A stretch of 64,000 nucleotides of DNA from IMG/VR virus record IMGVR_UViG_3300031998_000039, positions 1 through 64,000 of that record. One strand, given 5' to 3'. Under the pieces are notes generated by a model. It saw only the letters and a program-made list of their open reading frames with translations, did no database searches and was not told the DNA's origin. Source of the DNA: a virus. Lineage: Duplodnaviria; Caudoviricetes. A program made the translations under genes and the position numbers. Below are positions 9,320-18,025 of the stretch, piece by piece. Within the stretch, counting starts at the first letter, position 1. Every line of letters begins with the position of its first letter.

Positions 9320-9835
9320 ATGAAAGACCTTATAGATTATATCGTTAATGGAGATAACATAGCGTCATTTTTAATTGCTATTTCTATGCTTGCTGCGGGT
9401 ATTGTGTTGATTGAGAAGTTGTATACATGGATAAGTGGTAGATTAAAGAAATACTATGATTTTAAACATGGCAAGGAAGTTGAAAAAGAAAACGAAGAAA
9501 ATCAAAATGAACATCTTAAGGAATTAGATACTAAATTAGATACTCTTATAAATACAATCAATGCATTGGTAACCAATTTAGATACTTTTGAAAATGGACA
9601 AAAGAATGTTAATACGATTTTGCTTCGTGATAAGATTAACTACATTTATAAAGAAGCAATTCAAAAAGGATACATACTTGAAAAGAAGAAACAGGATTTC
9701 AAATATGCTTATGATGAATATGTAAGGAATGGTGGGAACTCTTATGTTATAGATGAAGTTGAGCCGTTCATACATAAGCTTAAGGTGTATTTGTCAGATG
9801 AAGAAGCGCAAAAGGATCGACAAGGAGAAACGTAA
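9320..9835 (+). CDS. Membrane protein of the lysis cassette (holin-like)
   Basis: N-terminal TM helix, coiled coil, Y..Y...GGNS motif. Confidence 0.55.
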   Translation: MKDLIDYIVNGDNIASFLIAISMLAAGIVLIEKLYTWISGRLKKYYDFKHGKEVEKENEENQNEHLKELDTKLDTLINTINALVTNLDTFENGQKNVNTILLRDKINYIYKEAIQKGYILEKKKQDFKYAYDEYVRNGGNSYVIDEVEPFIHKLKVYLSDEEAQKDRQGET

Positions 9836-10308
9836 TGACTAAATTTGTAAGTTGCGATACTTCCACTAATAATAGTGCGTTAGCATTATTTATAGATGGA
9901 GAGTATCAAGAACATAAGCTGATTAATAAATCAAAAATCAAAGATACTTACGAACGCATAAACGAAATGGTAAAAGATATATTTGATTTACTTAATAAGT
10001 GGCAACCAGATATCTTATGGATAGAACATCCACAAGGACATGGATCGAATGTTGATATGGTAGGTAAGTTGTGTGAAATACTTGGTGCTGTTAGAGCATG
10101 GTGTCTTATACATAATTGTGAGTATAATGAAATAAGTCCATCGCAGTGGCGTAAATATGCTGGCATTCAGCAAGGCAAGAAAAAACGAGCCGAACTTAAA
10201 CAGGCAAGTATTGATTATATTAAAGACAAACTTGGCATAGACGAGGGTGATGATGTTGCAGATAGCATTGCTCTTGGATATGCCATTTTACATTATTATG
10301 AAGGATAA
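9835..10308 (+). CDS. ruvC: RuvC-like Holliday junction resolvase
   Basis: D at end of strand 1 (VSCDTST), IEHP, SPSQWRK, DDVADSIALG. Confidence 0.8.
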   Translation: MTKFVSCDTSTNNSALALFIDGEYQEHKLINKSKIKDTYERINEMVKDIFDLLNKWQPDILWIEHPQGHGSNVDMVGKLCEILGAVRAWCLIHNCEYNEISPSQWRKYAGIQQGKKKRAELKQASIDYIKDKLGIDEGDDVADSIALGYAILHYYEG

Positions 10309-10320
10309 GGAGATAAAAAG

Positions 10321-10812
10321 ATGACAGTAAATGAATTTGTTGGATATTACAAAATGGCTAAGGATAAGAAAGCTGAATGTGAAAAACATATTGTAAAAAA
10401 GTATATTCCGTTTGCAGTAAAACTTGCTCAATGTCAAAGTTTAGCTAAAGCAACTATGGAATATCAGGAAAAGCCGGAAGATGCTCCAAGATATTCACAA
10501 AATACTGCTTTAAGATATTTGGCATTTTCAATACAACTTATTAATGCCTATACTGATTTTGATGAAATACCTCATGAACAGGGCTTTGATGTTTATGACA
10601 TGCTTAAAACTTGTGGTGCATTTGAAGAGTTAATGCAACTTATACCTCAAGATGAAGTTAAAGAATACAGTACTTTATTAAGTATGTGTGTTGATGATTA
10701 TTTGGCAAATAATCGTAACCTAATATCATATTTTGAAAACAAGATTATGGAAATGGCTCAGTTGTCAGCATTACAAGGTGAGGATAAGATTGAAGATGTT
10801 ACGACAGAATAG
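10321..10812 (+). CDS. Hypothetical helical protein
   Basis: SD AAGGAG; 163-aa ORF within the operon. Confidence 0.7.
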   Translation: MTVNEFVGYYKMAKDKKAECEKHIVKKYIPFAVKLAQCQSLAKATMEYQEKPEDAPRYSQNTALRYLAFSIQLINAYTDFDEIPHEQGFDVYDMLKTCGAFEELMQLIPQDEVKEYSTLLSMCVDDYLANNRNLISYFENKIMEMAQLSALQGEDKIEDVTTE

Positions 10813-10825
10813 GAAGGTGTACCGA

Positions 10826-11056
10826 ATGGGTGATGAGTTTTATAGATTAAGCACTGTAACAGGAAAGAAGTACGATATTTTTAAAACAGTAAAGATATTA
10901 AATATTAAACAGTGTATTTATTATATGCAGAATGGTTTCTTCCCAGTTGATATCAAAATAACAGAAACTGATAAAGGTGATAAGTGTTTAGTTTTTTATT
11001 ATAACAAAGAAGATACTAAAAAGATATATGAAGATTGGAAAAGCAGGAAGGGGTAA
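10826..11056 (+). CDS. Small hypothetical phage protein
   Basis: SD GGAAGG before ATG 10826 (shorter than the ORF-track call). Confidence 0.65.
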   Translation: MGDEFYRLSTVTGKKYDIFKTVKILNIKQCIYYMQNGFFPVDIKITETDKGDKCLVFYYNKEDTKKIYEDWKSRKG

Positions 11057-11058
11057 TT

Positions 11059-12144
11059 ATGGTATATCTTGACAATGCCGCATCAACCTGTCCCTCTTCT
11101 GCTGTTGTTAAAACATTAAATGATTTTCTTTATACATATGGTAACCCCTCTTCTATTCATGAATATGGACGGGAAGCTTTTAGGGTAGTAACTAATGCAA
11201 GAGAATCTATCAGAAAGATTCTTGGAGCAACTGAAGATGACCAGTTGCTATTTACTTCTGGTGCAACTATGAGCAACAATGTTTTTATACAAGGTTATTT
11301 AAATCGGTATCCTCAAGCTGCACTGATAGTTTCAGAAATTGAACATAAGGATATTCTTCTTTTAGCTGATTATCTTGAACAACATGGACGAGAGGTGCAT
11401 AGAATACCAGTATATCAAGATGGGACACTTTGTTTAAGTGTGCTTGAAAATGTATGTTTTCAGCTTAAGAAAGACGAAAGAGAATTTTTATGTTCGATTC
11501 AGATGGCAAACGGTGAATGCGGAGTTATTCAAGATTATGCAACGATAAGCCAGATTGTACATAGATATGGTGGCATATATCATAGCGATGTTACGCAGTA
11601 TCTCCCCTACTACCCTATTGATTTAGGTAGTGTTGATGCGTTTAGTATGTCTGGACAAAAGATAGGTTGTATCAAGGGAACAGGATTGTTATACATCAAA
11701 AATGGTGTAGAAATAGATCCTGTTATATTTGGTGAACAAGGTTTGATTGGCGGAACTGAAAACGTTCTTGGCATTGCTTGTTTAAGAACTGCATTTGAAA
11801 CCTTGAATAGAGACAATTCTAAACTTGTTGCTATGCGGGATATGTTATATGCAAGGCTTAAACCATATGGGCGTGTATTGGGTTCTGAAAAACATAGATT
11901 GCCAAATAATCTTTATATGTCATTTGATAGACCGATGGTTACTTTGTTAAATAATTTTGGGATAATGACATCTGCGGGTTCAGCATGTGCCAAAGCAGAG
12001 CCTTCACATGTTGTTTTGGCTATGGGATATGAAGAAGAAACTGCACGTAATGCTGTGCGTTTTTCTTTATCTAATAGTAATACAGAAAAGGATATAGATG
12101 ACACCGTTGAGGCGGTTAAAAGAGTTATGTGGATAAAGGAGTAA
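11059..12144 (+). CDS. iscS: Cysteine desulfurase (IscS/NifS family, PLP-dependent)
   Basis: YLDNAAST, NPSSIH, FTSGAT, SGQK (PLP Lys), GGTEN, SAGSAC (catalytic Cys), RFSL. Confidence 0.9.
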   Translation: MVYLDNAASTCPSSAVVKTLNDFLYTYGNPSSIHEYGREAFRVVTNARESIRKILGATEDDQLLFTSGATMSNNVFIQGYLNRYPQAALIVSEIEHKDILLLADYLEQHGREVHRIPVYQDGTLCLSVLENVCFQLKKDEREFLCSIQMANGECGVIQDYATISQIVHRYGGIYHSDVTQYLPYYPIDLGSVDAFSMSGQKIGCIKGTGLLYIKNGVEIDPVIFGEQGLIGGTENVLGIACLRTAFETLNRDNSKLVAMRDMLYARLKPYGRVLGSEKHRLPNNLYMSFDRPMVTLLNNFGIMTSAGSACAKAEPSHVVLAMGYEEETARNAVRFSLSNSNTEKDIDDTVEAVKRVMWIKE

Positions 12145-12148
12145 AAGG

Positions 12149-13249
12149 ATGAAACAGAGAAAACTGATTTTATATCATAGATGGATCGGCCCGATTGGAG
12201 GGGTTGAAACTTTCATATATAACTTTTGTGTAACTATGCGAAAGTATTATGATATCAAGGTTTTATATGATGAGATTTCACCAGCACAGATATATAGGAT
12301 ATATCCATATGCTGTTGTAGAACATAGGGAAGATAAAAAAATTTATGAATGTGATGTGGTTGTAAACAATACGGCTTCATGGGTTAAGTTTCCAAGCAAT
12401 ATAAAGGCTGATGTGTATTATACGATAATACATTGTGATTACAAGGATTATATCAGATTAGGGAATGTCAACCCTGTTCTTAATGAAGGGCATCAATATA
12501 TATGTGTTAAGCCTTATGCAAGGGATTCGTTTTCAGATTTATTAAAAGTACCTTGTGATGTTATTGAAGGAACTCTTCAGCCTGATGTTAAGATTAAAAA
12601 GGTGTTGCATCTTATCTCTGCTACCCGTCTTACTATTGAAAAAGGCAAAGAGCGTATGTATAAGCTAATCCGTATATTACGTGATAGTGGAATAAAGTTT
12701 GACTGGAAGATATTTACTAAGGATAAGTTTAATGTTCCTGACAACTGTCCTGAAGTAATACTTATGCAACCCACATTTGATATATATGACTATATGGCAG
12801 ACGCTGATTATCTTGTACAGTTGTCGGATACTGAAGCTTTATGTCTTGCAGTTAGGGAATCTCTTTCTGTAGGTACACCCGTAATCGTGACGGATATTCC
12901 GGGGTTTGACTATATAGAAGAAGGAGTTTTGGGTTATAAGGTTAATCTTGATATGTCTAACGTGGATATTGATAAGATATATAATCATATACCTAAAGTA
13001 AAATGGAAAGAAAATAAGGATGAAATTCTTGAGAAGTGGTTTGAGAAATTGGGTAAGCCAGTTGAAATGGATAAACCACTTAATGAAATGAAAAAAGTTA
13101 AGATTAAAATTCTTATAGACTATACAGATATCGTTTTAAAGAAGTACATAACAGCAGGAACTGTTATGGAAGTAGACGAACCAAGAGCAGTCACGCTATG
13201 TCAGGCAACGACAGAGCGTCCGAAGATTGCAGAAAGGATAAGGGAATGA
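12149..13249 (+). CDS. GT-B (GT4-like) glycosyltransferase with short C-terminal extra domain
   Basis: IGGVET, ATRL..EKG, ADYLVQLSDTEALCLAVRESLSVGTPVIVTD (Ex7E motif). Confidence 0.85.
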   Translation: MKQRKLILYHRWIGPIGGVETFIYNFCVTMRKYYDIKVLYDEISPAQIYRIYPYAVVEHREDKKIYECDVVVNNTASWVKFPSNIKADVYYTIIHCDYKDYIRLGNVNPVLNEGHQYICVKPYARDSFSDLLKVPCDVIEGTLQPDVKIKKVLHLISATRLTIEKGKERMYKLIRILRDSGIKFDWKIFTKDKFNVPDNCPEVILMQPTFDIYDYMADADYLVQLSDTEALCLAVRESLSVGTPVIVTDIPGFDYIEEGVLGYKVNLDMSNVDIDKIYNHIPKVKWKENKDEILEKWFEKLGKPVEMDKPLNEMKKVKIKILIDYTDIVLKKYITAGTVMEVDEPRAVTLCQATTERPKIAERIRE

Positions 13250-13752
13250 TGAATTTACTTATGCGTGAGGATAAGACAATTCGCCTCACAAATGCAGTAC
13301 CCGTATATCAATATGATACTTCGACAGATAAACTAAGAATATTAGTACCGCATTTTTGGGAGGAATATGACCTCACGGAATTTAATGCTGTTTTATCATA
13401 TATGTTACCCGATGGTACAATAGGTACAGAAACTCTTGTGCTTGATGAAGAACCGTATAACGAAGATTATATTTCGTATACTGTTGTGATAACTACAACA
13501 TATACTGCTATCCCCGGAACGGATTATTTGAAATTAGTTTTTGCTAAGGTTGGGCAAGATGATACAGCATATGTGTTAAGGTCGCAGTTGGGTAAATTGC
13601 CAATCCTTAGCGACAATGTTGTATCTGGCGAAATAGATCCCGGAGCAGTGGCAAGAATTGAATCTCAGATTGCTGACCTTGATTATAGGCTTAATGTTGC
13701 AGCAGCAGAAATATTGAATATTGATGATAACGGCTTAAAGATAGTTCTTTGA
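13246..13752 (+). CDS. BppU-like baseplate/fibre attachment protein
   Basis: YQYD..L...P..YDL.....LSY..PDG pattern; C-terminal coiled coil. Confidence 0.5.
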   Translation: MMNLLMREDKTIRLTNAVPVYQYDTSTDKLRILVPHFWEEYDLTEFNAVLSYMLPDGTIGTETLVLDEEPYNEDYISYTVVITTTYTAIPGTDYLKLVFAKVGQDDTAYVLRSQLGKLPILSDNVVSGEIDPGAVARIESQIADLDYRLNVAAAEILNIDDNGLKIVL

Positions 13753-13767
13753 AAGGTGGTGTTATAA

Positions 13768-14658
13768 GTGGCTGATAGAAACAAACCCGGTTATATGAAT
13801 TTCGCAGATATAGCCGATAGGCTTGAAAGCGGGAAATTAAATGCCTATGACACCGTATATACAAAGGATACACATGAAGTTGTATTTATTAAAGAGGACA
13901 AATCTTTGATAAGGATGAAATGTAGGCTTGATGTGTACTCAAGTGTTGTAATTGCCGAATATAATCTCAATCTCAATACTGATACTTATATCGGACAGAT
14001 TGTTGGTATTGAAGATGACGGATGGGTTCGGCTATATAACGTTAACTATGCAGATAATAGATTTTTTGTTAAAAGGGTTGGTATAGATAAATACGGACAG
14101 TTGGAAAACAAACCTCAGATTAACGGAGTAACACTTGAGGGAAATAAAACAACTGAACAGTTAGGTATTGATATACCGACAAAATTCTCGCAACTTTATG
14201 ATGATGTAGGATATGAAACTATAGACCATTTAATTGCGAATTATTATTCTAAAACACAGGTTGATGAAACCTTTGCAACCAAAAATGAAGTTCCTGATAT
14301 AGATGTTAATCCAGAACAGACCACACAAATCCTTACAAGCATTGGAATCAATGGTGTTAATTATACTTTCCGTGATAGCAATGGTATGATAATTAAAACC
14401 AAGGCTGAATGGGAACAATTAACTCACATGAGAAGTGTTGAAGGTGTTTGGTATGTTTATAGTGATTACAGGCAAGAAGAAGATCCGACAACTCATGTTA
14501 TTAAAAATATTCCAAGAGTAAAGATTGGTGACCATTATGGGACATATGTTGTAGACTTACCATTTACAACAGTATCGATAACGGATGCCGATATTGAAAA
14601 ATGGAATAATCATGTTGGTGTTACTGTAAATGGAACAAATTTAACATTCTTTCATTAA
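13768..14658 (+). CDS. Minor structural/fibre-associated protein
   Basis: YGQLENKPQINGVTLEGNKT, IPTKFSQL and KIGD..LPF motifs typical of fibre shafts. Confidence 0.6.
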   Translation: MADRNKPGYMNFADIADRLESGKLNAYDTVYTKDTHEVVFIKEDKSLIRMKCRLDVYSSVVIAEYNLNLNTDTYIGQIVGIEDDGWVRLYNVNYADNRFFVKRVGIDKYGQLENKPQINGVTLEGNKTTEQLGIDIPTKFSQLYDDVGYETIDHLIANYYSKTQVDETFATKNEVPDIDVNPEQTTQILTSIGINGVNYTFRDSNGMIIKTKAEWEQLTHMRSVEGVWYVYSDYRQEEDPTTHVIKNIPRVKIGDHYGTYVVDLPFTTVSITDADIEKWNNHVGVTVNGTNLTFFH

Positions 14659-14673
14659 AAGGAGATAATAAAA

Positions 14674-15456
14674 ATGGCAAATCCTATTCTTATACAAATA
14701 ACTTTGCCCAATGGTAATACTTATGACATAGTTGACCAAGGGGCAAGAGATTTAATAAAAGAACTTATGAATATTCATGAGTATCTTGGTGTCACAACTA
14801 CTGCCCTAGTTGATGGTTCTACCACAAACCCTATTACTATTGATGGAGAATCGGTTACTGCGGAAGCTGGTGACGTTGTTACTTTAAGTTCAGATAGTAG
14901 CGAAATGGTATTTGATTCACTTGGCGAATGGCATACTTTTGGTTCGTTGTCGGGGCTTGGTGCATTGGCATTTAAGAACTCTGCTAGTGGCAGCTTTACT
15001 CCTCAAGGCTCAGTAAGCGCAAGCTTTACTGGTACTGCTACAACGTCAACAGGATCGTTTACTCCTGAAGGTTCAGTGAGTGCAAGTTTTAGTGGCACTT
15101 CTACTACTTCTACGGGAACGTTTACACCAGAGGGTTCTGTAAGTAGTTCTGGCGGAACAAAGACAATTAAACAGTTTAAGAGTGGTGGCTCAATGCCTAC
15201 GTATACTGTAAGCAATGGTAATCTAACAATCGGAGCTGGCACGGAAGCATCGGGAGAAGATGTTACTGTAGGTGATGGCTCTGTATCAAGTACATTTAGT
15301 GGTACTGCGGGAAGTGTTAGTGTTAGCGGAACTCCCAGTGGCTCTGTCAGCGCAACGTTTAGTGGTACTGCAGGGAGTGTCAGTGTTAGTGGAACTCCTA
15401 GCGGTTCTGTTAGCGGAAGTTTCACAGGTACTGCCGGAACTGTCACAGTATCGTAA
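14674..15456 (+). CDS. Fibre/needle protein with 21-aa Gly/Ser/Thr repeats
   Basis: 63-nt periodic repeats (FTPEGSVSASFSGT; FSGTAGSVSVSGTPSGSVS); LGALAFK motif. Confidence 0.7.
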   Translation: MANPILIQITLPNGNTYDIVDQGARDLIKELMNIHEYLGVTTTALVDGSTTNPITIDGESVTAEAGDVVTLSSDSSEMVFDSLGEWHTFGSLSGLGALAFKNSASGSFTPQGSVSASFTGTATTSTGSFTPEGSVSASFSGTSTTSTGTFTPEGSVSSSGGTKTIKQFKSGGSMPTYTVSNGNLTIGAGTEASGEDVTVGDGSVSSTFSGTAGSVSVSGTPSGSVSATFSGTAGSVSVSGTPSGSVSGSFTGTAGTVTVS

Positions 15457-15474
15457 TGAAAAGGAGGTAAGAAC

Positions 15475-17331
15475 ATGGCTGACATAGAATTAAAAAGCAT
15501 GAACCTACCTAATGATAATAATACGTATTGGTTTACTGATAAAGACGCACAAGATAAAATAGACAGTTCATTGGAATCGGTATCGGGCAATCCTATATCC
15601 ATCACGGGTTTAAAATCCTCGCAATTAGCGGTCAATCCCGTTATAATCTTTGAGCCGATACAGGACTTACACGGGCAGAGTAAGTCTTATCCCGCAGGCG
15701 GGGGAAAGAATAAGCTAAACGCTGACGATTATTACGATTCTTACAAACAGACAGACGGCTCTTATCGTGCTACGGGTGGCACATTTAATGGCATTAAAAT
15801 ATATGCTACAAGTGACATGATTGGCAATACATACACGTTTTCAGCGTATTTAGATTTGTCAAAAGAAACCTCACCTACAAATGCCCTTACAAAAAGAGCG
15901 GTTAACGGTGTTGGCACAAATGGTACTCTTATTAATTCGGGTGAAAAGGGAGTGTCAAGCGTTACATTTACACCTACGTCAACAAGTGATTATGTATTTA
16001 TAACTTATGGCACAGGTAGTGACCGCTATTTTACCGCATCAAACTTGCAGATAGAAGCAGGCGAAACGGCAACGGCATACGCCCCTTACGAAAACATCTG
16101 CCCAATAAGTGGCTATGATAAAATTGAGGTTTTATCGGGAAATAAAAATGTAATTACAGAAATTGAACAGGGTTCTTGGGATAAGTCAACAGGTACTAAA
16201 ACCACAGGCAGTACAAGATGCCGTTCAATCCGTATGTACCCATTAGGTTCTTCACAATACGTATTATCAGTGGCAAGTAATGTAAGTGGAAAAACTGCAA
16301 TGGTTGTTGTGCATGAATACGTATATTCTAACGGTACATTTGTCAATACATTTGATAGTGGTTGGCAAAATTCGGGATATACATTTACAGCCACAGCAGG
16401 AATGTATTATGCCTTTGTATTTGGTTTTACTGATAATTCAAATGTAACACCTGCATCATTTAAGGATGTTCAACTTGAAACAGGTCAGACCACCACAACC
16501 TACGCCGAACCCCATAAAACCACAGATTTATCCGAATCTTTGGGGCAGACGGTGTATGGCGGTTCGTTGAATATTAGAAGTGGAAAGTTGACTAAAACAT
16601 GGGGTATCATAACATTTGATGGATATGAAAATTGGGCAGAATACGATGGCGGTTACTACTATTCAATAAGAGGATTTGCACAAGCCGAAATCACGGGTGC
16701 AATCGCAAATCGGTTTGCATATTCAACGGCAAAGACAACTGGTACATTCAGAGGATTAAGTGGTGGAGGTTCATATACACCATTGTTCTATTATAGCGGA
16801 GTATCAAGTCTACAAGATTGGATATATTGGTTAAGGGATAACCCCATTACATTTGTATATCCACTTGCTACATCCATCGAAATTCAACTCACCCCTCACG
16901 AAATACCCCTTGCGCAGGGCTACGCTTATCTGTCTACCAACGGAACATTAATTCAGTTGGCTTACCACAACGGCGAGATGGCAAGGTTGGCGGATGTGGA
17001 ACAGTTAAGTGAAACGGTGGAAAAAGGGTTCGCATTATTCCCAACATTTGGATTCCCTAAAGTTGAGATAGCGGATAAGGGTGTTACGTCATCATCATCA
17101 TATAGCCTTGATTTAACTACTTTGAAAAATAATCTATATTTAATTTCGGCGATATATACTACGGGTGGGTTTTCAGCATTTGGTGTGCTATGTAAACGTA
17201 GCGATACTTGGTCATATCAAAATTTGTATACGTCAAATCGTATAACTATTAGTTTATCGGGGACAACATTATCGTTTGTGGTCACTTCGGGGTATGGTGC
17301 ATCTTACGTGAATGTTGTGGCTTTGTATTAA
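15475..17331 (+). CDS. Tail fibre/receptor-binding protein with two CBM-like modules
   Basis: Repeated (G)KN....Q(I/L)E.G..(A/T)T.Y.P modules. Confidence 0.7.
   Translation: MADIELKSMNLPNDNNTYWFTDKDAQDKIDSSLESVSGNPISITGLKSSQLAVNPVIIFEPIQDLHGQSKSYPAGGGKNKLNADDYYDSYKQTDGSYRATGGTFNGIKIYATSDMIGNTYTFSAYLDLSKETSPTNALTKRAVNGVGTNGTLINSGEKGVSSVTFTPTSTSDYVFITYGTGSDRYFTASNLQIEAGETATAYAPYENICPISGYDKIEVLSGNKNVITEIEQGSWDKSTGTKTTGSTRCRSIRMYPLGSSQYVLSVASNVSGKTAMVVVHEYVYSNGTFVNTFDSGWQNSGYTFTATAGMYYAFVFGFTDNSNVTPASFKDVQLETGQTTTTYAEPHKTTDLSESLGQTVYGGSLNIRSGKLTKTWGIITFDGYENWAEYDGGYYYSIRGFAQAEITGAIANRFAYSTAKTTGTFRGLSGGGSYTPLFYYSGVSSLQDWIYWLRDNPITFVYPLATSIEIQLTPHEIPLAQGYAYLSTNGTLIQLAYHNGEMARLADVEQLSETVEKGFALFPTFGFPKVEIADKGVTSSSSYSLDLTTLKNNLYLISAIYTTGGFSAFGVLCKRSDTWSYQNLYTSNRITISLSGTTLSFVVTSGYGASYVNVVALY
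16508..16522 (+). repeat. Intragenic copy of the cassette-junction left half
   Basis: AACCCCATAAAACCA, exact match to 17694-17708. Confidence 0.5.
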
Positions 17332-17364
17332 CCCCATAAAATAACCATTTTAGGAGGAAAGATG
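17329..17364 (+). repeat. Cassette-junction repeat (TAACCCCATAAAATAACCATTTTAGGAGGAAAGATG)
   Basis: Spans stop of the fibre gene to start of the next ORF; same motif as the 51.6-53.2 kb junctions. Confidence 0.85.
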
Positions 17365-17604
17365 TGGAAAGTTTCAACAGTAATATGTCTTAAATGCCTA
17401 AAGCGTTGGGTATCGGTTAGAGAACGGGAAGTTTTATTGACGCAATTAGAATGTCCACAATGTGGTGAAATAGGCTTTGCAATCGAAACAGGGGAAGAAG
17501 TCAACGAGAAACTTTGCGAATCCTGTAAGGCATTTAAAGATGGGAAGTGTAAATTAGGGTTATCCAATGATGAGGATTGCCCATATTTTGAATACAATGG
17601 ATAA
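17362..17604 (+). CDS. Zinc-ribbon protein
   Basis: CLKC, CPQC, CESC..C..C; SD AGGAGG. Confidence 0.8.
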   Translation: MWKVSTVICLKCLKRWVSVREREVLLTQLECPQCGEIGFAIETGEEVNEKLCESCKAFKDGKCKLGLSNDEDCPYFEYNG

Positions 17605-17613
17605 GGAGGATAT

Positions 17614-17703
17614 ATGGGCATAATTGTATTATTTATAGCATTTTTTGTATCGGGCTATATAGCAGGATATTGCACAGAGGATAAAGACAAAGCAACCCCA
17701 TAA
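17614..17703 (+). CDS. 29-aa single-TM peptide (MGIIVLFIAFFVSGYIAGYCTEDKDKATP)
   Basis: SD AAGGAGG; own translation; ends inside the junction repeat. Confidence 0.65.
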   Translation: MGIIVLFIAFFVSGYIAGYCTEDKDKATP

Positions 17704-17714
17704 AACCAAAATTT

Positions 17715-17831
17715 CATTCGGTGGCGGAATAGGTAGACGCTAATGGTGTACAACATGAGAAGAACGGTTTGTACAAGCCGTGAGGAGTGAAGTCTTTGTT
17801 TCATGTAAGGTGCAAATCCTTACCCGAATGA
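17715..17831 (+). ncRNA. Anticodon-less tRNA-like RNA, copy A
   Basis: Acceptor CATTCGG/CCGAATG, Leu-type D-arm GCGGAATAGGTAGACGC, T-arm GTAAGG-TGCAAAT-CCTTAC; large structured insert in place of an anticodon arm. Confidence 0.8.
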
Positions 17832-17868
17832 TTTATACAGCGCCTTTTAGGGCATTAATTTTATACGG

Positions 17869-17904
17869 AGCAGGGAGGGGAGCAATCTCCTCTCTGCTAT
17901 TTTT
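17869..17904 (+). terminator. Rho-independent terminator
   Basis: AGCAGGGAGGGGA-GCAA-TCTCCTCTCTGCT followed by a T-tract. Confidence 0.85.
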
Positions 17905-17969
17905 AAGATATGACAGTAAATAGTAGGGCATAATTACTAATTACGGATTACTATATGCTGTTATGTTAG

Positions 17970-17994
17970 GACGCGGGGCTTCTCGCGTCTTTTT
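17970..17994 (+). terminator. Terminator-like hairpin just upstream of the tail operon
   Basis: GACGCGGG/CTCGCGTC followed by TTTTT. Confidence 0.7.
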
Positions 17995-18025
17995 CGGATT
18001 TAGAAAATTGAAAGAGGTGAAGGGT

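Noticed and set aside
11059-12144. Dnd/Ssp phosphorothioation system
   Set aside because: Only the desulfurase is present; no other dnd/ssp genes recognisable in the window
15003-15635. 210-aa antisense ORF and similar shadow ORFs across the window
   Set aside because: Opposite strand or alternate frame of well-supported genes; explained by repeats and codon bias; no SD
17715-17831. Functional tRNA-Leu (also at 51485 and 51985)
   Set aside because: No 5-bp stem/7-nt loop anticodon arm; kept as tRNA-like ncRNA
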